From an uncultured Ignavibacteriaceae bacterium (GTDB lineage: Bacteria; Bacteroidota; Ignavibacteria; Ignavibacteriales; Ignavibacteriaceae): 64,000 nt of DNA. Where the stretch lies: the NCBI GenBank assembly GCA_964431385.1, contig CAYSJM010000002.1:4242-68241 (forward strand), read 5' to 3'. The notes below the pieces were generated by a model. It saw nothing but the letters and a program-made list of their open reading frames with translations. It ran no database searches and was not told where the DNA came from. This document shows positions 39,156 through 48,699 of the stretch, piece after piece. The translations under genes were made by a program, and so were the position numbers. How positions within the stretch are numbered: the first letter of the stretch is position 1; each line of letters starts with the position of its first letter.

Positions 39156-40501
39156 TGAAACACCTGATCAAAAACATTGTTATCGTAGGTAGCAGGGCAG
39201 CGGGTCCGGCTGCTGCGGCAAAAGCCCGGAGAGAGAATCCCGATGCGAGGATAACGATTATTGATTCAGGTTTATATGTTTCTACAGGCACATGCGAAAT
39301 ACCATATTTGATTTCAGGTGAAGTGGGGAGCTCTGAAGATTTGCGTTTCTTTTCACCTGAAGAATTTTCTCAAAAATACGCCGTCGAACTTCTTCTCGAA
39401 ACTAAAGTTATTTCCTTACTTCCGAGGCAAAGAATTCTTAAAGTTGAGAAAAATGGTGCGGTTTTTGAGCTGAGTTACCACAGACTTATTTTGGCTACAG
39501 GTGCAAAACATAAAATTCACCCGGACCTTCCGGCAGATTCAACGAATGTCTTTTATGTTAGAAGCATTGAAGAAATTGAAAATTTGCTGAACAAAGCAAC
39601 AATTAACGGAAAAAAGTGGTGTGTTGTTGGAGCTTCCTATTCCGGAATAGAATTTGCCGAGGTATTGAAAAAAAATGGTAATGAAGTTTTACTTATTGAG
39701 AAAGAATCATTACCTGCTCCGGGATTCATCACCGAAATAAGAGAACTGATTAAAGAATCACTTCTATCAGAGGGGATTGATTTTTTTGGAAATGTCGCTG
39801 AAATTAAAGTCTATTCTGAAGCCGGATATGTTAAGAAAATTAAGTTTGACGGCAGACTAAAAGAGATTGACTTCGTGATCGTTGCTATCGGCATTGAACC
39901 AAATTCTGCGATCGCCAAAAATGCAGGACTTGAAATGGGAATTCGAGGTGGGATCAAAGTTGACAACCGTATGCGTACATCAGATCAATACATTTTTGCA
40001 GCAGGTGATTGTGCCGAAATAAAAGAGAAAATCACCGGCAGAATGGTTTGGCTTCCATCAGCGAAAATTGCGAGAGATGGTGGTCATGTTGCCGGAGCAA
40101 ATGCTGCAGGTGGGAATGAATTTTTCAGTCCCGTTATTCGTAATATTTCGCTACGGGTGTTTAATAATTTTGCAACAGCAACGGGGTTGTGTACTACCAG
40201 AATGGATAATTTACGGATTCGTTTCAGGTCAGTAGCCGCCACATCAAATGCGATTGTAGATGTAATGCCGGGTACCCACAAAGTTTTTGGAAAGATATTT
40301 ATCGCCGATGATGGAAAAATTCTCGGTGCTGGATTCTTTGGCGGAGCCGAAGTTTCCGGCTATTGTGATATCATAGCTTTAGCCATTAAAGCTGGTCTAA
40401 AAATCTCCGACCTTAAAGAATGCAATTTTAACTATACTCCAACTCTTTCACCGTTTAAGAATTTACTCGAAATGCTCGCCTATAAAGCAGTACAAAAATA
40501 G
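39155..40501 (+). CDS. FAD-dependent pyridine nucleotide-disulfide oxidoreductase (CoA-disulfide reductase/NADH oxidase-like, single Cys)
   Basis: IVIVGSRAAGPAAA dinucleotide fold, candidate redox Cys in STGTCEIPY, a second Rossmann motif VVGASYSGIEFA, and AAGDCA. The ATG shares 1 nt with the der stop. Confidence 0.6.
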   Translation: MKHLIKNIVIVGSRAAGPAAAAKARRENPDARITIIDSGLYVSTGTCEIPYLISGEVGSSEDLRFFSPEEFSQKYAVELLLETKVISLLPRQRILKVEKNGAVFELSYHRLILATGAKHKIHPDLPADSTNVFYVRSIEEIENLLNKATINGKKWCVVGASYSGIEFAEVLKKNGNEVLLIEKESLPAPGFITEIRELIKESLLSEGIDFFGNVAEIKVYSEAGYVKKIKFDGRLKEIDFVIVAIGIEPNSAIAKNAGLEMGIRGGIKVDNRMRTSDQYIFAAGDCAEIKEKITGRMVWLPSAKIARDGGHVAGANAAGGNEFFSPVIRNISLRVFNNFATATGLCTTRMDNLRIRFRSVAATSNAIVDVMPGTHKVFGKIFIADDGKILGAGFFGGAEVSGYCDIIALAIKAGLKISDLKECNFNYTPTLSPFKNLLEMLAYKAVQK

Positions 40502-40515
40502 AAAAGGGCTGTTAT

Positions 40516-41544
40516 TTGAATCGTTCACCAATATTTCTGATTTTTCTCCTTCTTATTCTTTTTACAACAGTGGTTTTTCCTCAAAAATATCCTGATGCCA
40601 AGGTTCATTCCTTAATCGAACGGGGAATTACTTTCCTTTCCGGTTCGAGATATGATAGTGCAAAGGCTACTTTTGGGAAATTGGAAAAAGACTATCCCTC
40701 TCTCCCTTTTGGTTCCTTATATTTGGCAGGAGTCGAAATTGTAAAATCTTACGATTGGGGAGTTCCGTTCAACGAATCCTATATCGTTAATAAACTTGAA
40801 CGGGCTGAAGAGATTGCTGATAAAAACTACGACAAAAACAGCAAAAGTGCCTGGAATACCTATGCAGTGGCATTAATCTATTCGTATGAAGCATATTTTG
40901 ATTTTATAAAGGAAGACTGGTTTGGTGTCTTTAAGACCGGATCCAATGCACTTAAATATTTCGAGAAATGTTCTGAATTAGACAATAAGTTTTACGAAGC
41001 ATCTACCGCGACTGCCATCTTTGATTATTGGAGAAGTTCAAAAACTAAAGATCTCTCCTGGCTACCATTTTTGGAGGATAATTCTGACCAGGCAATTAGA
41101 ATATTGGAAAGAAATAGAAAATATTATTCATATAACGATTTTTTAACCGCCAATTCACTCGCCTGGATTTACATCGACAAAAAGCAGTACTCAAAAGCCC
41201 TCAATCTCTGCGATGAAATATTAAAGAAGGCACCGGGAAATCGGATAGTGAGATGGACAAAAGCCCGTGCTCTTGAAGAGATTGACAAAAAGAAGGCGAT
41301 TGAAGTTTACAAACAGATTCTTTCAACTTTCCCCGTCTCAACCAACTACTATTATTTTAATATTGTTACTCTTAAGCATAAAATCGCAATGAATTATGAA
41401 AAACTTAAGATGTACAAAGAGGCACTTAAATATTGCGAAGAGATATTGGCTTTGAAGAATTTTAATTCCTGGGATGAAAAGAAACTTTCAGACAGGATGA
41501 AAAGAGTGAAACAACTCAGAGATTCATTGAAAAAAAGGGTTTAA
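40516..41544 (+). CDS. Secreted TPR-like repeat protein (TTG start as listed)
   Basis: Signal peptide MNRSPIFLIFLLLILFTTVVFPQ. Helical-repeat composition with Y/W/A patterns (ALNLCDEILKKAPGN, YKEALKYCEEILAL). Confidence 0.45.
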   Translation: MNRSPIFLIFLLLILFTTVVFPQKYPDAKVHSLIERGITFLSGSRYDSAKATFGKLEKDYPSLPFGSLYLAGVEIVKSYDWGVPFNESYIVNKLERAEEIADKNYDKNSKSAWNTYAVALIYSYEAYFDFIKEDWFGVFKTGSNALKYFEKCSELDNKFYEASTATAIFDYWRSSKTKDLSWLPFLEDNSDQAIRILERNRKYYSYNDFLTANSLAWIYIDKKQYSKALNLCDEILKKAPGNRIVRWTKARALEEIDKKKAIEVYKQILSTFPVSTNYYYFNIVTLKHKIAMNYEKLKMYKEALKYCEEILALKNFNSWDEKKLSDRMKRVKQLRDSLKKRV

Positions 41545-41627
41545 TCTTCTTTTTAATCATAGAATAAATAGATTTTCTTGATTATTTTACGATGCTGATT
41601 TTTTGATATACGGAGCAAATACCTGTA

Positions 41628-43793
41628 ATGAGTGATGATGGAAGATTAAATGAACTGCTGAAGCTCTGCAAAGAGAAAATTCCAAATGCTGACCTGACTC
41701 TAATCAAAAAAGCATATGAATTTGCTGCAATTGCCCACCAAAACGATCGAAGGGCGTCGGATGAACCTTATTTTAGCCATCCCGTCGCTGTAGCCCGAAT
41801 TCTAATAGAAGAAATCCCTTTTGACGATGTTTCGATCGCTTGTGGTCTTTTACATGATGTTGTAGAAGATAATGAGGAATATTCTTCTGACCTCATTAAA
41901 AGAAATTTTGGTGATGATGTGGCGATAATCGTGGATGGACTTACCAAAATTAAGGAGCTTTTCAGAGCCGCCGAAATAAATCAGGCAGAGAACTACCGCA
42001 AACTTCTGATGTCGATTATGAAAGATATCAGAGTTATCATTGTAAAATTTGCGGATCGCCTCCATAATATGAGAACCCTCGAATATCTCCAACCAGACAA
42101 AAGGAAGAGAATTGCGACCGAGACGCTTGAAATTTATGCACCGCTCGCACATCGTTTTGGATTGGGTAAGATAAAGTGGGAACTGGAAGACCTCGCATTT
42201 AAAGAATTGAACAGAAATGCTTATGATGATATTCGCAAAAAATTGAACCTTAAGCGGGATGAAAGAGAAGAATATCTTGACAGGTTTTCAAATCCGATTA
42301 GAGAGGCACTACAGGAAAAGAATTTTACTTGCGATTTAAGCGGCAGACCTAAACATCTTTACAGTATTTACCGGAAGATGATCAAACAAAATAAACCGTT
42401 TGAAGAGATATTTGACCTCTTCGCTATAAGATTAATACTCGAAAGTGACAACCCTTACGATTGTTATACCGTTTTCGGAATCATAAACGCCCTTTACATT
42501 CCTGTTCCTGACCGTTTTAAAGATTACATCGCAATCCCCAAAGTGAATAATTATCAGTCGATTCATACCGCTCTCATCGGACCTGAAGGAAGAGTTGTCG
42601 AAGTGCAGATAAGAACCCGGAAAATGCACGAAATAGCCGAAAGGGGAGTTGCTGCTCACTGGAGATATAAGGAAGGTAACACTGTAAAGGACAGGAATAC
42701 CGATGATTATGTCCAATGGATAAGGGAGATGGTCGAAAGTTCGGGAAGTGACGATCTCAAAAAAAATATTATTGAGAATTTTAAATTAAATCTCTACGAA
42801 AACGAAATTTTTGTAATGACACCAAAGGGAGATTTAAAACGGCTCCCTGTCAGATCAACACCTGTCGATTTTGCATTTGCCATTCATTCAAATATTGGTC
42901 ATCATTGTATTGGTGCTAAAGTAAACAAAAAGATTGTACCCCTCGATTTTGTTTTGAATCGTGGTGATCAAGTTGAGATCATCACTTCCAAGAATCAGCA
43001 TCCTAACAAAAACTGGTTAAAGTTTGTTCGTACCCAAAAAGCCAAATCGGAAATCAGAAAATGGCTAAATAAGGAAGAGGAAGCATTCATCGAGAGTGGT
43101 AAAGAAATTTGGGATAAACGATTAAAAAAAATAAAACTCACTCTCGGTGAGAATGAAATTGCTAAAATTCTTCAGCGGAATAAATTTCATCATACCCGGC
43201 AAATGTACAAGTCACTGGGGCAGGGGAATGTAAGTATAGAAACTCTCCTCGAAGAACCAAAGGAGAAAGATCACAAAATTCAAGGTTCTCCGAATATTGA
43301 ATTCCAGGATTTTGCACGATATGCCCGCGGTACAGGTGGTGAGTTGGTTGTTGATGGTGAAGACATCAAAATGATGCTTTCTTATTCAAAATGTTGTAAT
43401 CCCATTCCCGGTGATGAAGTTGCAGGTTTTATTACCACAGGGGAAGGAATCAGGATTCATCGAAAAACTTGCAGGAACCTGATAGAAAAATCGAAGATAG
43501 AACCTGAAAAAGTAGTATCTATCAAGTGGCCCGAGGTGGAGAACTCTTCATTTCTGGCGGGTTTGGTGATCCGTGGAGACGATTCTGCCGGTATTCTCAA
43601 AGATATCGCAAACACCATTGTTAGTTACAATAACACTTCAATTAAATCGATCAGCCTGGATACCAGTGATTCTTTTTTTGAGGGGCAAGTGACCCTTTTT
43701 GTGCAAGATCTGAATCATCTTTCGCGAATTATTGACAAACTTAAAAAGATTAAGGGAGTTTACTCAGTGACTCGAATGGCTGAGGCAAAATAG
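41628..43793 (+). CDS. rel: Bifunctional (p)ppGpp synthetase/hydrolase (RelA/SpoT homologue)
   Basis: HD hydrolase motifs (HPVAVA.. LLHDVVED), synthetase block (YRKM..DLFAIRLI..YQSIHT), and TGS and ACT C-terminal domains. Confidence 0.85.
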   Translation: MSDDGRLNELLKLCKEKIPNADLTLIKKAYEFAAIAHQNDRRASDEPYFSHPVAVARILIEEIPFDDVSIACGLLHDVVEDNEEYSSDLIKRNFGDDVAIIVDGLTKIKELFRAAEINQAENYRKLLMSIMKDIRVIIVKFADRLHNMRTLEYLQPDKRKRIATETLEIYAPLAHRFGLGKIKWELEDLAFKELNRNAYDDIRKKLNLKRDEREEYLDRFSNPIREALQEKNFTCDLSGRPKHLYSIYRKMIKQNKPFEEIFDLFAIRLILESDNPYDCYTVFGIINALYIPVPDRFKDYIAIPKVNNYQSIHTALIGPEGRVVEVQIRTRKMHEIAERGVAAHWRYKEGNTVKDRNTDDYVQWIREMVESSGSDDLKKNIIENFKLNLYENEIFVMTPKGDLKRLPVRSTPVDFAFAIHSNIGHHCIGAKVNKKIVPLDFVLNRGDQVEIITSKNQHPNKNWLKFVRTQKAKSEIRKWLNKEEEAFIESGKEIWDKRLKKIKLTLGENEIAKILQRNKFHHTRQMYKSLGQGNVSIETLLEEPKEKDHKIQGSPNIEFQDFARYARGTGGELVVDGEDIKMMLSYSKCCNPIPGDEVAGFITTGEGIRIHRKTCRNLIEKSKIEPEKVVSIKWPEVENSSFLAGLVIRGDDSAGILKDIANTIVSYNNTSIKSISLDTSDSFFEGQVTLFVQDLNHLSRIIDKLKKIKGVYSVTRMAEAK

Positions 43794-44212
43794 TGGATGG
43801 GGGGCGAATCCTTGCTATTGATTACGGTACAAAACGGGTAGGCATTGCCCTGACAGACCCGTTAAAAATAATCGCTTCGCCTTTCGCAACATTTGACAAC
43901 GATAAACTTCTTATCGATAAAATAGTCACTCTGGTGAAGGAAAAAGAAGTTGAAAAAATAATTGTTGGGTATCCAATTAACGGTGACGGAACAAAAACAA
44001 TTCTCTCTGATACCATTGAGCAATTTTCAAAAAAAATTGAACTTCTCACCTCGGTTATGGTTGAGCTTTATGATGAAAGATACTCCTCGTTAATAGCCGG
44101 GGAGAGGATTATACAATCAGTTACAAAAAAATCAAAAAGGAGGGATAAATCGCTCGTTGACAAATTTGCGGCGGCGGTAATCCTCGAAGAGTATTTAAAA
44201 GAATCGCATTAA
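43793..44212 (+). CDS. ruvX: Pre-16S rRNA nuclease / putative Holliday junction resolvase YqgF
   Basis: ILAIDYGTKRVGIALTD, VGYPINGDGT and DERYSS motifs. The GTG start overlaps the rel stop by 1 nt. Confidence 0.8.
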   Translation: MDGGRILAIDYGTKRVGIALTDPLKIIASPFATFDNDKLLIDKIVTLVKEKEVEKIIVGYPINGDGTKTILSDTIEQFSKKIELLTSVMVELYDERYSSLIAGERIIQSVTKKSKRRDKSLVDKFAAAVILEEYLKESH

Positions 44213-44217
44213 CACAG

Positions 44218-45504
44218 ATGATGTCATTCAAATCAAACCCGCTTACTGTTGTCCGCTTTGTTCTGGTTTCACTCTTAGCGGTCATCTCCTCAATCTACTA
44301 CCCATTGGTAGTAGTCGGAACTGTAACCAGCATCGAGATTTTCATTTTCCTTATGATTGCAAATTTGATAATTAATGGTTGGGATTTAATCGCCAATTAT
44401 TCAATTTACAAGGAAAGTGAAGAGCATTCTGACTCATTGGCAAGAGACCTTGGAGTGAGGAAAAAATATCTTTGGCTCACCGTTGATCTTCTCGCAGTTA
44501 TTCCTTATGAAATGCTGGGTCTATTGCCTCTGCTGCTGCTCCGTTCTTTAAAATTATTGAGGCTCTCTCAACATCAAAAACTTTGGAGACGAAGGGACCT
44601 CAAACGAAATGATTTTTTATACATTGTGTTTTTCCTCTTCTGGATATCACTCGCGGCACATTGGCTGGCGTGTGGGTGGATAGCTTTAGAGCCTGTCAAT
44701 CCAAATAAAGACCAGGCAGCCCCCTACATAGAAGCAATGTATTGGACCATACAAACCCTCACGACTGTTGGATATGGTGATATATTCGCAGAAACGCGAG
44801 GTCAGATGGTATATTCCATGGTTGTAATGATGTTTGGAGTGGGTATCTATGGTTGGCTTATTGGTAATGTTGCGGGTATTTTATCAAAAAGGGACTCTGT
44901 TGAGCAATACTATTATGAAAATATGGAGAGACTCAAAACTATCGTTGGCAACAGAGGTCTTCCCCCTGCACTTCAACACAAAATTGGTGACTATTACGAC
45001 TATATTTTTTCTCGTAACTATTCAGGAAAGGATGAACAGATATTCTTAAATTCTTTGCCGGAATCTTTACGAAATGAAGTAATGATTAGCCTGAAACAGA
45101 GAATCATAAGGATGATTTCTGCCTTTCAAGATTCTCCCGAGGATTTCATAAGAGAGATTTCGGGTGAATTAAAGACCGAGATATTTATACCCGGTGATGT
45201 GATTTTTGAAGAAGGTGAGGAAGGTGATAAGATGTATTTTCTCCTTTCAGGCGAACTTGAGGTAGTCTCCGGAACTGAGAGAAAATTTGTGGCTAATCTG
45301 AAACCGGGGGATTTTTTCGGCGAAATTGCATTATTTGAACATACAAAACGGAATGCAACTATTATTTCCAAGAGTTATGCCGAAGCCTATTCACTCGATA
45401 AAGCAGCATTTAACTTTGTATTACTCAGATTTCCCGAAGTGGCTTCAGTTATCATCGCGAAAGCTGCAGAAAGACGCAAAAGTAACGGGAATAATGAATC
45501 TTAA
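44218..45504 (+). CDS. 6-TM K+ channel with an S4-like helix and a C-terminal cyclic-nucleotide-binding domain (MloK1/SthK-like)
   Basis: Selectivity filter TTVGYGD (44761..44781). S4-like LLRSLKLLRLSQHQK with a basic residue at every third position. CNB cassette GDFFGEIALFEHTKRNATI. Confidence 0.75.
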   Translation: MMSFKSNPLTVVRFVLVSLLAVISSIYYPLVVVGTVTSIEIFIFLMIANLIINGWDLIANYSIYKESEEHSDSLARDLGVRKKYLWLTVDLLAVIPYEMLGLLPLLLLRSLKLLRLSQHQKLWRRRDLKRNDFLYIVFFLFWISLAAHWLACGWIALEPVNPNKDQAAPYIEAMYWTIQTLTTVGYGDIFAETRGQMVYSMVVMMFGVGIYGWLIGNVAGILSKRDSVEQYYYENMERLKTIVGNRGLPPALQHKIGDYYDYIFSRNYSGKDEQIFLNSLPESLRNEVMISLKQRIIRMISAFQDSPEDFIREISGELKTEIFIPGDVIFEEGEEGDKMYFLLSGELEVVSGTERKFVANLKPGDFFGEIALFEHTKRNATIISKSYAEAYSLDKAAFNFVLLRFPEVASVIIAKAAERRKSNGNNES

Positions 45505-45506
45505 CC

Positions 45507-47543
45507 CTATTCGGTTATTATCTTATTAACTTCATTTTCCAACGAGGCAACAGCATCGTTCACGGTTTCCGACACATCCAATAGATTACTGATAGCTGTT
45601 CGGGTATCAAGACTTAGCTTTTCAACTGTGAGAAGGTTAGTACCTATGGAAGCTACACTTTCCTGAGCTGTTGCCATTGCCTGCTTAAAGAGCTCAAATT
45701 GTGGGATCAGTTCTTTGTTTTTATCAAGGATAATGCTCAGATCATCGATCATTTTTTGAATTTCTTTAAATCCTTCCAACGACCTTGTGTGATATATTGA
45801 AACAGTCTCAACTCCATCAGCCACCGAGCCTTTCACATCCTCAATTATTTCACCAATTTCATTTAGTGAATTGAAGGTATTCTCTGATAATCTCTTGATC
45901 TCATCAGCGATTACTTTGAATCCTAATCCCGCTTCACCCGCTTTTTCTGCTTCAATCGCAGCATTCAGCGAAATAAGATTGGTTCGGTCTGCGATGTTGG
46001 ATATGGTCGTAACAACACGGGAGATGTTCGAAGTTCGTTTACTGATATTATTGAGTTTTTGAACGATAGAGCCGGTTGACTTGCCAATTTGAACAATTGA
46101 TTCGCCGATGTCGCCAATGTTATCTTGCCCCTGCATAATAAGTCGTCCGGTATCTTCTACGGCATTTGTCAGTCTTTCTGTATCGTCAGCAAGAGCCTTA
46201 GTGATTTTATTAATTTCTTCGCCAAAATGTCGGACATTTTTATTGGCTACATCCTGTTCTGCAAAGGTATTCTCGAGAAATTCCGCTGCATTATTAAGGG
46301 TGCCCGCCGAAGATTTTAGATAATTGCCCGCTGATTTAATTCTAATAGAAAGACCCCTTAAATCGAAGATCATCTTCCGCATGAAAAACCATAATTTGGT
46401 AATTTCGTCTTTGGAGGAGCTTGCATCTTTAGTGTTATTCTTAAATCCCTTGTTCAATTCATCATATTTCTCTACCGCAGCTCTAAGGTTACCGGTCGCA
46501 ACATAAGAAAGTACATCCGAAATTGAAGAAACAGGTTTTGTCGTTCGTTGAATTACAAAAAAGATAAAAATTGCCAGAATGGACGCACCTGTGATTCCTA
46601 CAAAAAGGATGACATTGTTGAGGAAATTTAACCCGGAAAAAAGCTCGTTCTCCGGTATCATAATTCCCACAGACCAACCGGCTGATCTCATCGGAATAAA
46701 GTATATTCTGTAATCCTCGCCTGATACAGGTTCTGTGATTTTGTTGAATCCTGTCTCACCGGCGACCATTTTTTTCCCGATTAATCTCAGTTCATCATCT
46801 TTTAATCGTTCTGCGAGACTAAAAACAGTCTCATTGAGGATAAGATTAGAGTCTCTATGCGAAATAAAAGTACCAAATCTGCTGATAGCAAATGCAAATC
46901 CATTTTGGAGAATTCGTATATTCGAAATTACTTTCCTTAGTTGAGCGAGATCTACATCTGCGGTTACAATTCCCCTAATTTTCCCCGATGCTTTATCGAC
47001 AAAAGGAACAGAATAAGTAATCATCAAATCCTCACCACCTCCGGTATCGTAGTAGGGTTCTGACCATATTGCTTTTTTTAGCATGAAAGGTATTTGATAC
47101 CAGTCCCAAAGTTCGTATTTATACTCTTCTTTCGCAAGATCGGTGTAGAATATTGAGTCTTTATTTCTGTAAAAATATGGGGCGTAGGGGAGCGAATCTT
47201 TCCGGGCTGTGGGTTCATAGGCTATGCACATCCCATAAATTCCGGGGTTTGCCTTGAGCAGATCTTTTATCAATGCTGCATTTTTTGTTGTGTCGTACGG
47301 AAAATTGGTGAGAACCGCTGCGAGTGCCTCAGGGATTTTTTCAACATTAGTAAGGTAAGATTCCATCATATTCACTTTTGCTTCGGTGATATTTCTTGAA
47401 TCCTCTTCAATTCCCTCAAGGATTATGGAACGGGATACAGTATAATTGGAAAAATAGATGGCAACCAGGATCAAAAGAGAGATCATCAGGATATAAATCG
47501 ATAACCTCTTGTTTAGAGGAAGGGCTCTCAGCCGTCGTATCAT
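45507..47543 (-). CDS. Methyl-accepting chemotaxis protein with a periplasmic Cache-type sensor
   Basis: TM, ~270-aa extracytoplasmic domain, TM, then the HAMP region. It has the conserved signalling hairpin RTNLISLNAAIEAEKAGEAGLGFKVIADEIKRLSE. Confidence 0.85.
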   Translation of the reverse strand: MIRRLRALPLNKRLSIYILMISLLILVAIYFSNYTVSRSIILEGIEEDSRNITEAKVNMMESYLTNVEKIPEALAAVLTNFPYDTTKNAALIKDLLKANPGIYGMCIAYEPTARKDSLPYAPYFYRNKDSIFYTDLAKEEYKYELWDWYQIPFMLKKAIWSEPYYDTGGGEDLMITYSVPFVDKASGKIRGIVTADVDLAQLRKVISNIRILQNGFAFAISRFGTFISHRDSNLILNETVFSLAERLKDDELRLIGKKMVAGETGFNKITEPVSGEDYRIYFIPMRSAGWSVGIMIPENELFSGLNFLNNVILFVGITGASILAIFIFFVIQRTTKPVSSISDVLSYVATGNLRAAVEKYDELNKGFKNNTKDASSSKDEITKLWFFMRKMIFDLRGLSIRIKSAGNYLKSSAGTLNNAAEFLENTFAEQDVANKNVRHFGEEINKITKALADDTERLTNAVEDTGRLIMQGQDNIGDIGESIVQIGKSTGSIVQKLNNISKRTSNISRVVTTISNIADRTNLISLNAAIEAEKAGEAGLGFKVIADEIKRLSENTFNSLNEIGEIIEDVKGSVADGVETVSIYHTRSLEGFKEIQKMIDDLSIILDKNKELIPQFELFKQAMATAQESVASIGTNLLTVEKLSLDTRTAISNLLDVSETVNDAVASLENEVNKIITE

Positions 47544-48529
47544 TTCCTTACCTCTTTGAAGAATGAATCATAGCTAATGTTCCTTTTTATTCGTCCTGCA
47601 TCTTTGAGCACCTGAATCGCAATTGCAAAGGAGCGTTTGTCAAGAATTGGGTCAATTTTATTGTTGACAGGAGCGATGATATCTTCCATTGTGTTCAACA
47701 TACGCATTTGGTGGGCATAATTTGCTGATAAACCGGCTTTATGCTTCAATTTCATACATTCAGCAACTGACTCTTCTTTGTTATTGAATGCTTCAATCCA
47801 ACCTTCCATTGAAGCCTGAAGAAAGTTTTTACACACCTCTTTATTACTGTTCAGAAATTCATCTGTACAATAAATACCATCCTCGGGCACATTTAATCCA
47901 TAATTTGCTATTCTGAAAAGAGTAAGATCATCTTCGTTTATTCCGGCAAAAATGATACTGTTCAGTTCATTGTAGTCCATTACAACCTGTGCATCCACAC
48001 CACCGAGTAAAAACAAATTTACCGTTGAACGGACAGGCACAAACTGCGAATTTAAGTTATATTTGGTTAAAAAAGCCTGCGGCAATTCTCTGAACCCTGC
48101 CTGCCAGATAGCTATTTTTTTATTGTTGAGATCGGAGAGTTGTTTTATTCCGCGGGATTTTATTCCGGCTATGGTTAGAGCAGATTTTCTTGAAATTTGT
48201 CCAATAAGTCGATATTTAAAACCTTTGTCGTAATCTTCGAGTGCACCCGAAAGAAAATTTGTTATAAAATTTGCACTTCCAGCTTTTAAATAATCAATGG
48301 CATTGTCCTTAAATCCGGTGTGTTTTATGGTAACATCGAGACCATATTTTTTATAAATGCCTTTAGATATTGCCATGTAATATCCTGCAAATTGTGCCTG
48401 TGGCTGCCAGTGAACTGCGAGTACAATCTTTCGCAATGCAGTGTTGCTTTGCATGGGTAACAAGGCAAAGATGCCTGTAACTACTAATAGCAGGATTAAT
48501 TTAAAATTTTTCGGGACGAAATATTTCAT
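47540..48529 (-). CDS. Periplasmic substrate-binding protein (NMT1/THI5 / SsuA-like fold)
   Basis: Signal sequence and a type-II SBP pattern (LAVHWQPQAQFAGYYMA..GLDV, KKIAIWQAG). Its stop overlaps the MCP start (ATGA at 47543..47540). Confidence 0.6.
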   Translation of the reverse strand: MKYFVPKNFKLILLLVVTGIFALLPMQSNTALRKIVLAVHWQPQAQFAGYYMAISKGIYKKYGLDVTIKHTGFKDNAIDYLKAGSANFITNFLSGALEDYDKGFKYRLIGQISRKSALTIAGIKSRGIKQLSDLNNKKIAIWQAGFRELPQAFLTKYNLNSQFVPVRSTVNLFLLGGVDAQVVMDYNELNSIIFAGINEDDLTLFRIANYGLNVPEDGIYCTDEFLNSNKEVCKNFLQASMEGWIEAFNNKEESVAECMKLKHKAGLSANYAHQMRMLNTMEDIIAPVNNKIDPILDKRSFAIAIQVLKDAGRIKRNISYDSFFKEVRK

Positions 48530-48699
48530 AAAATTTCAACTTTTCAGGGTTTGCAATATCTTCTGCAGGCTAGAAAAACAATATTTTAAAAGGAATCATT
48601 TAATTTAAGATGTATCACGCATATTACAAAAAAAAGTGCTTAAATTTACAGTCAAGAAGTTCCTAAATTACCTTAAATCATTAAACATTAAGTTAATTG

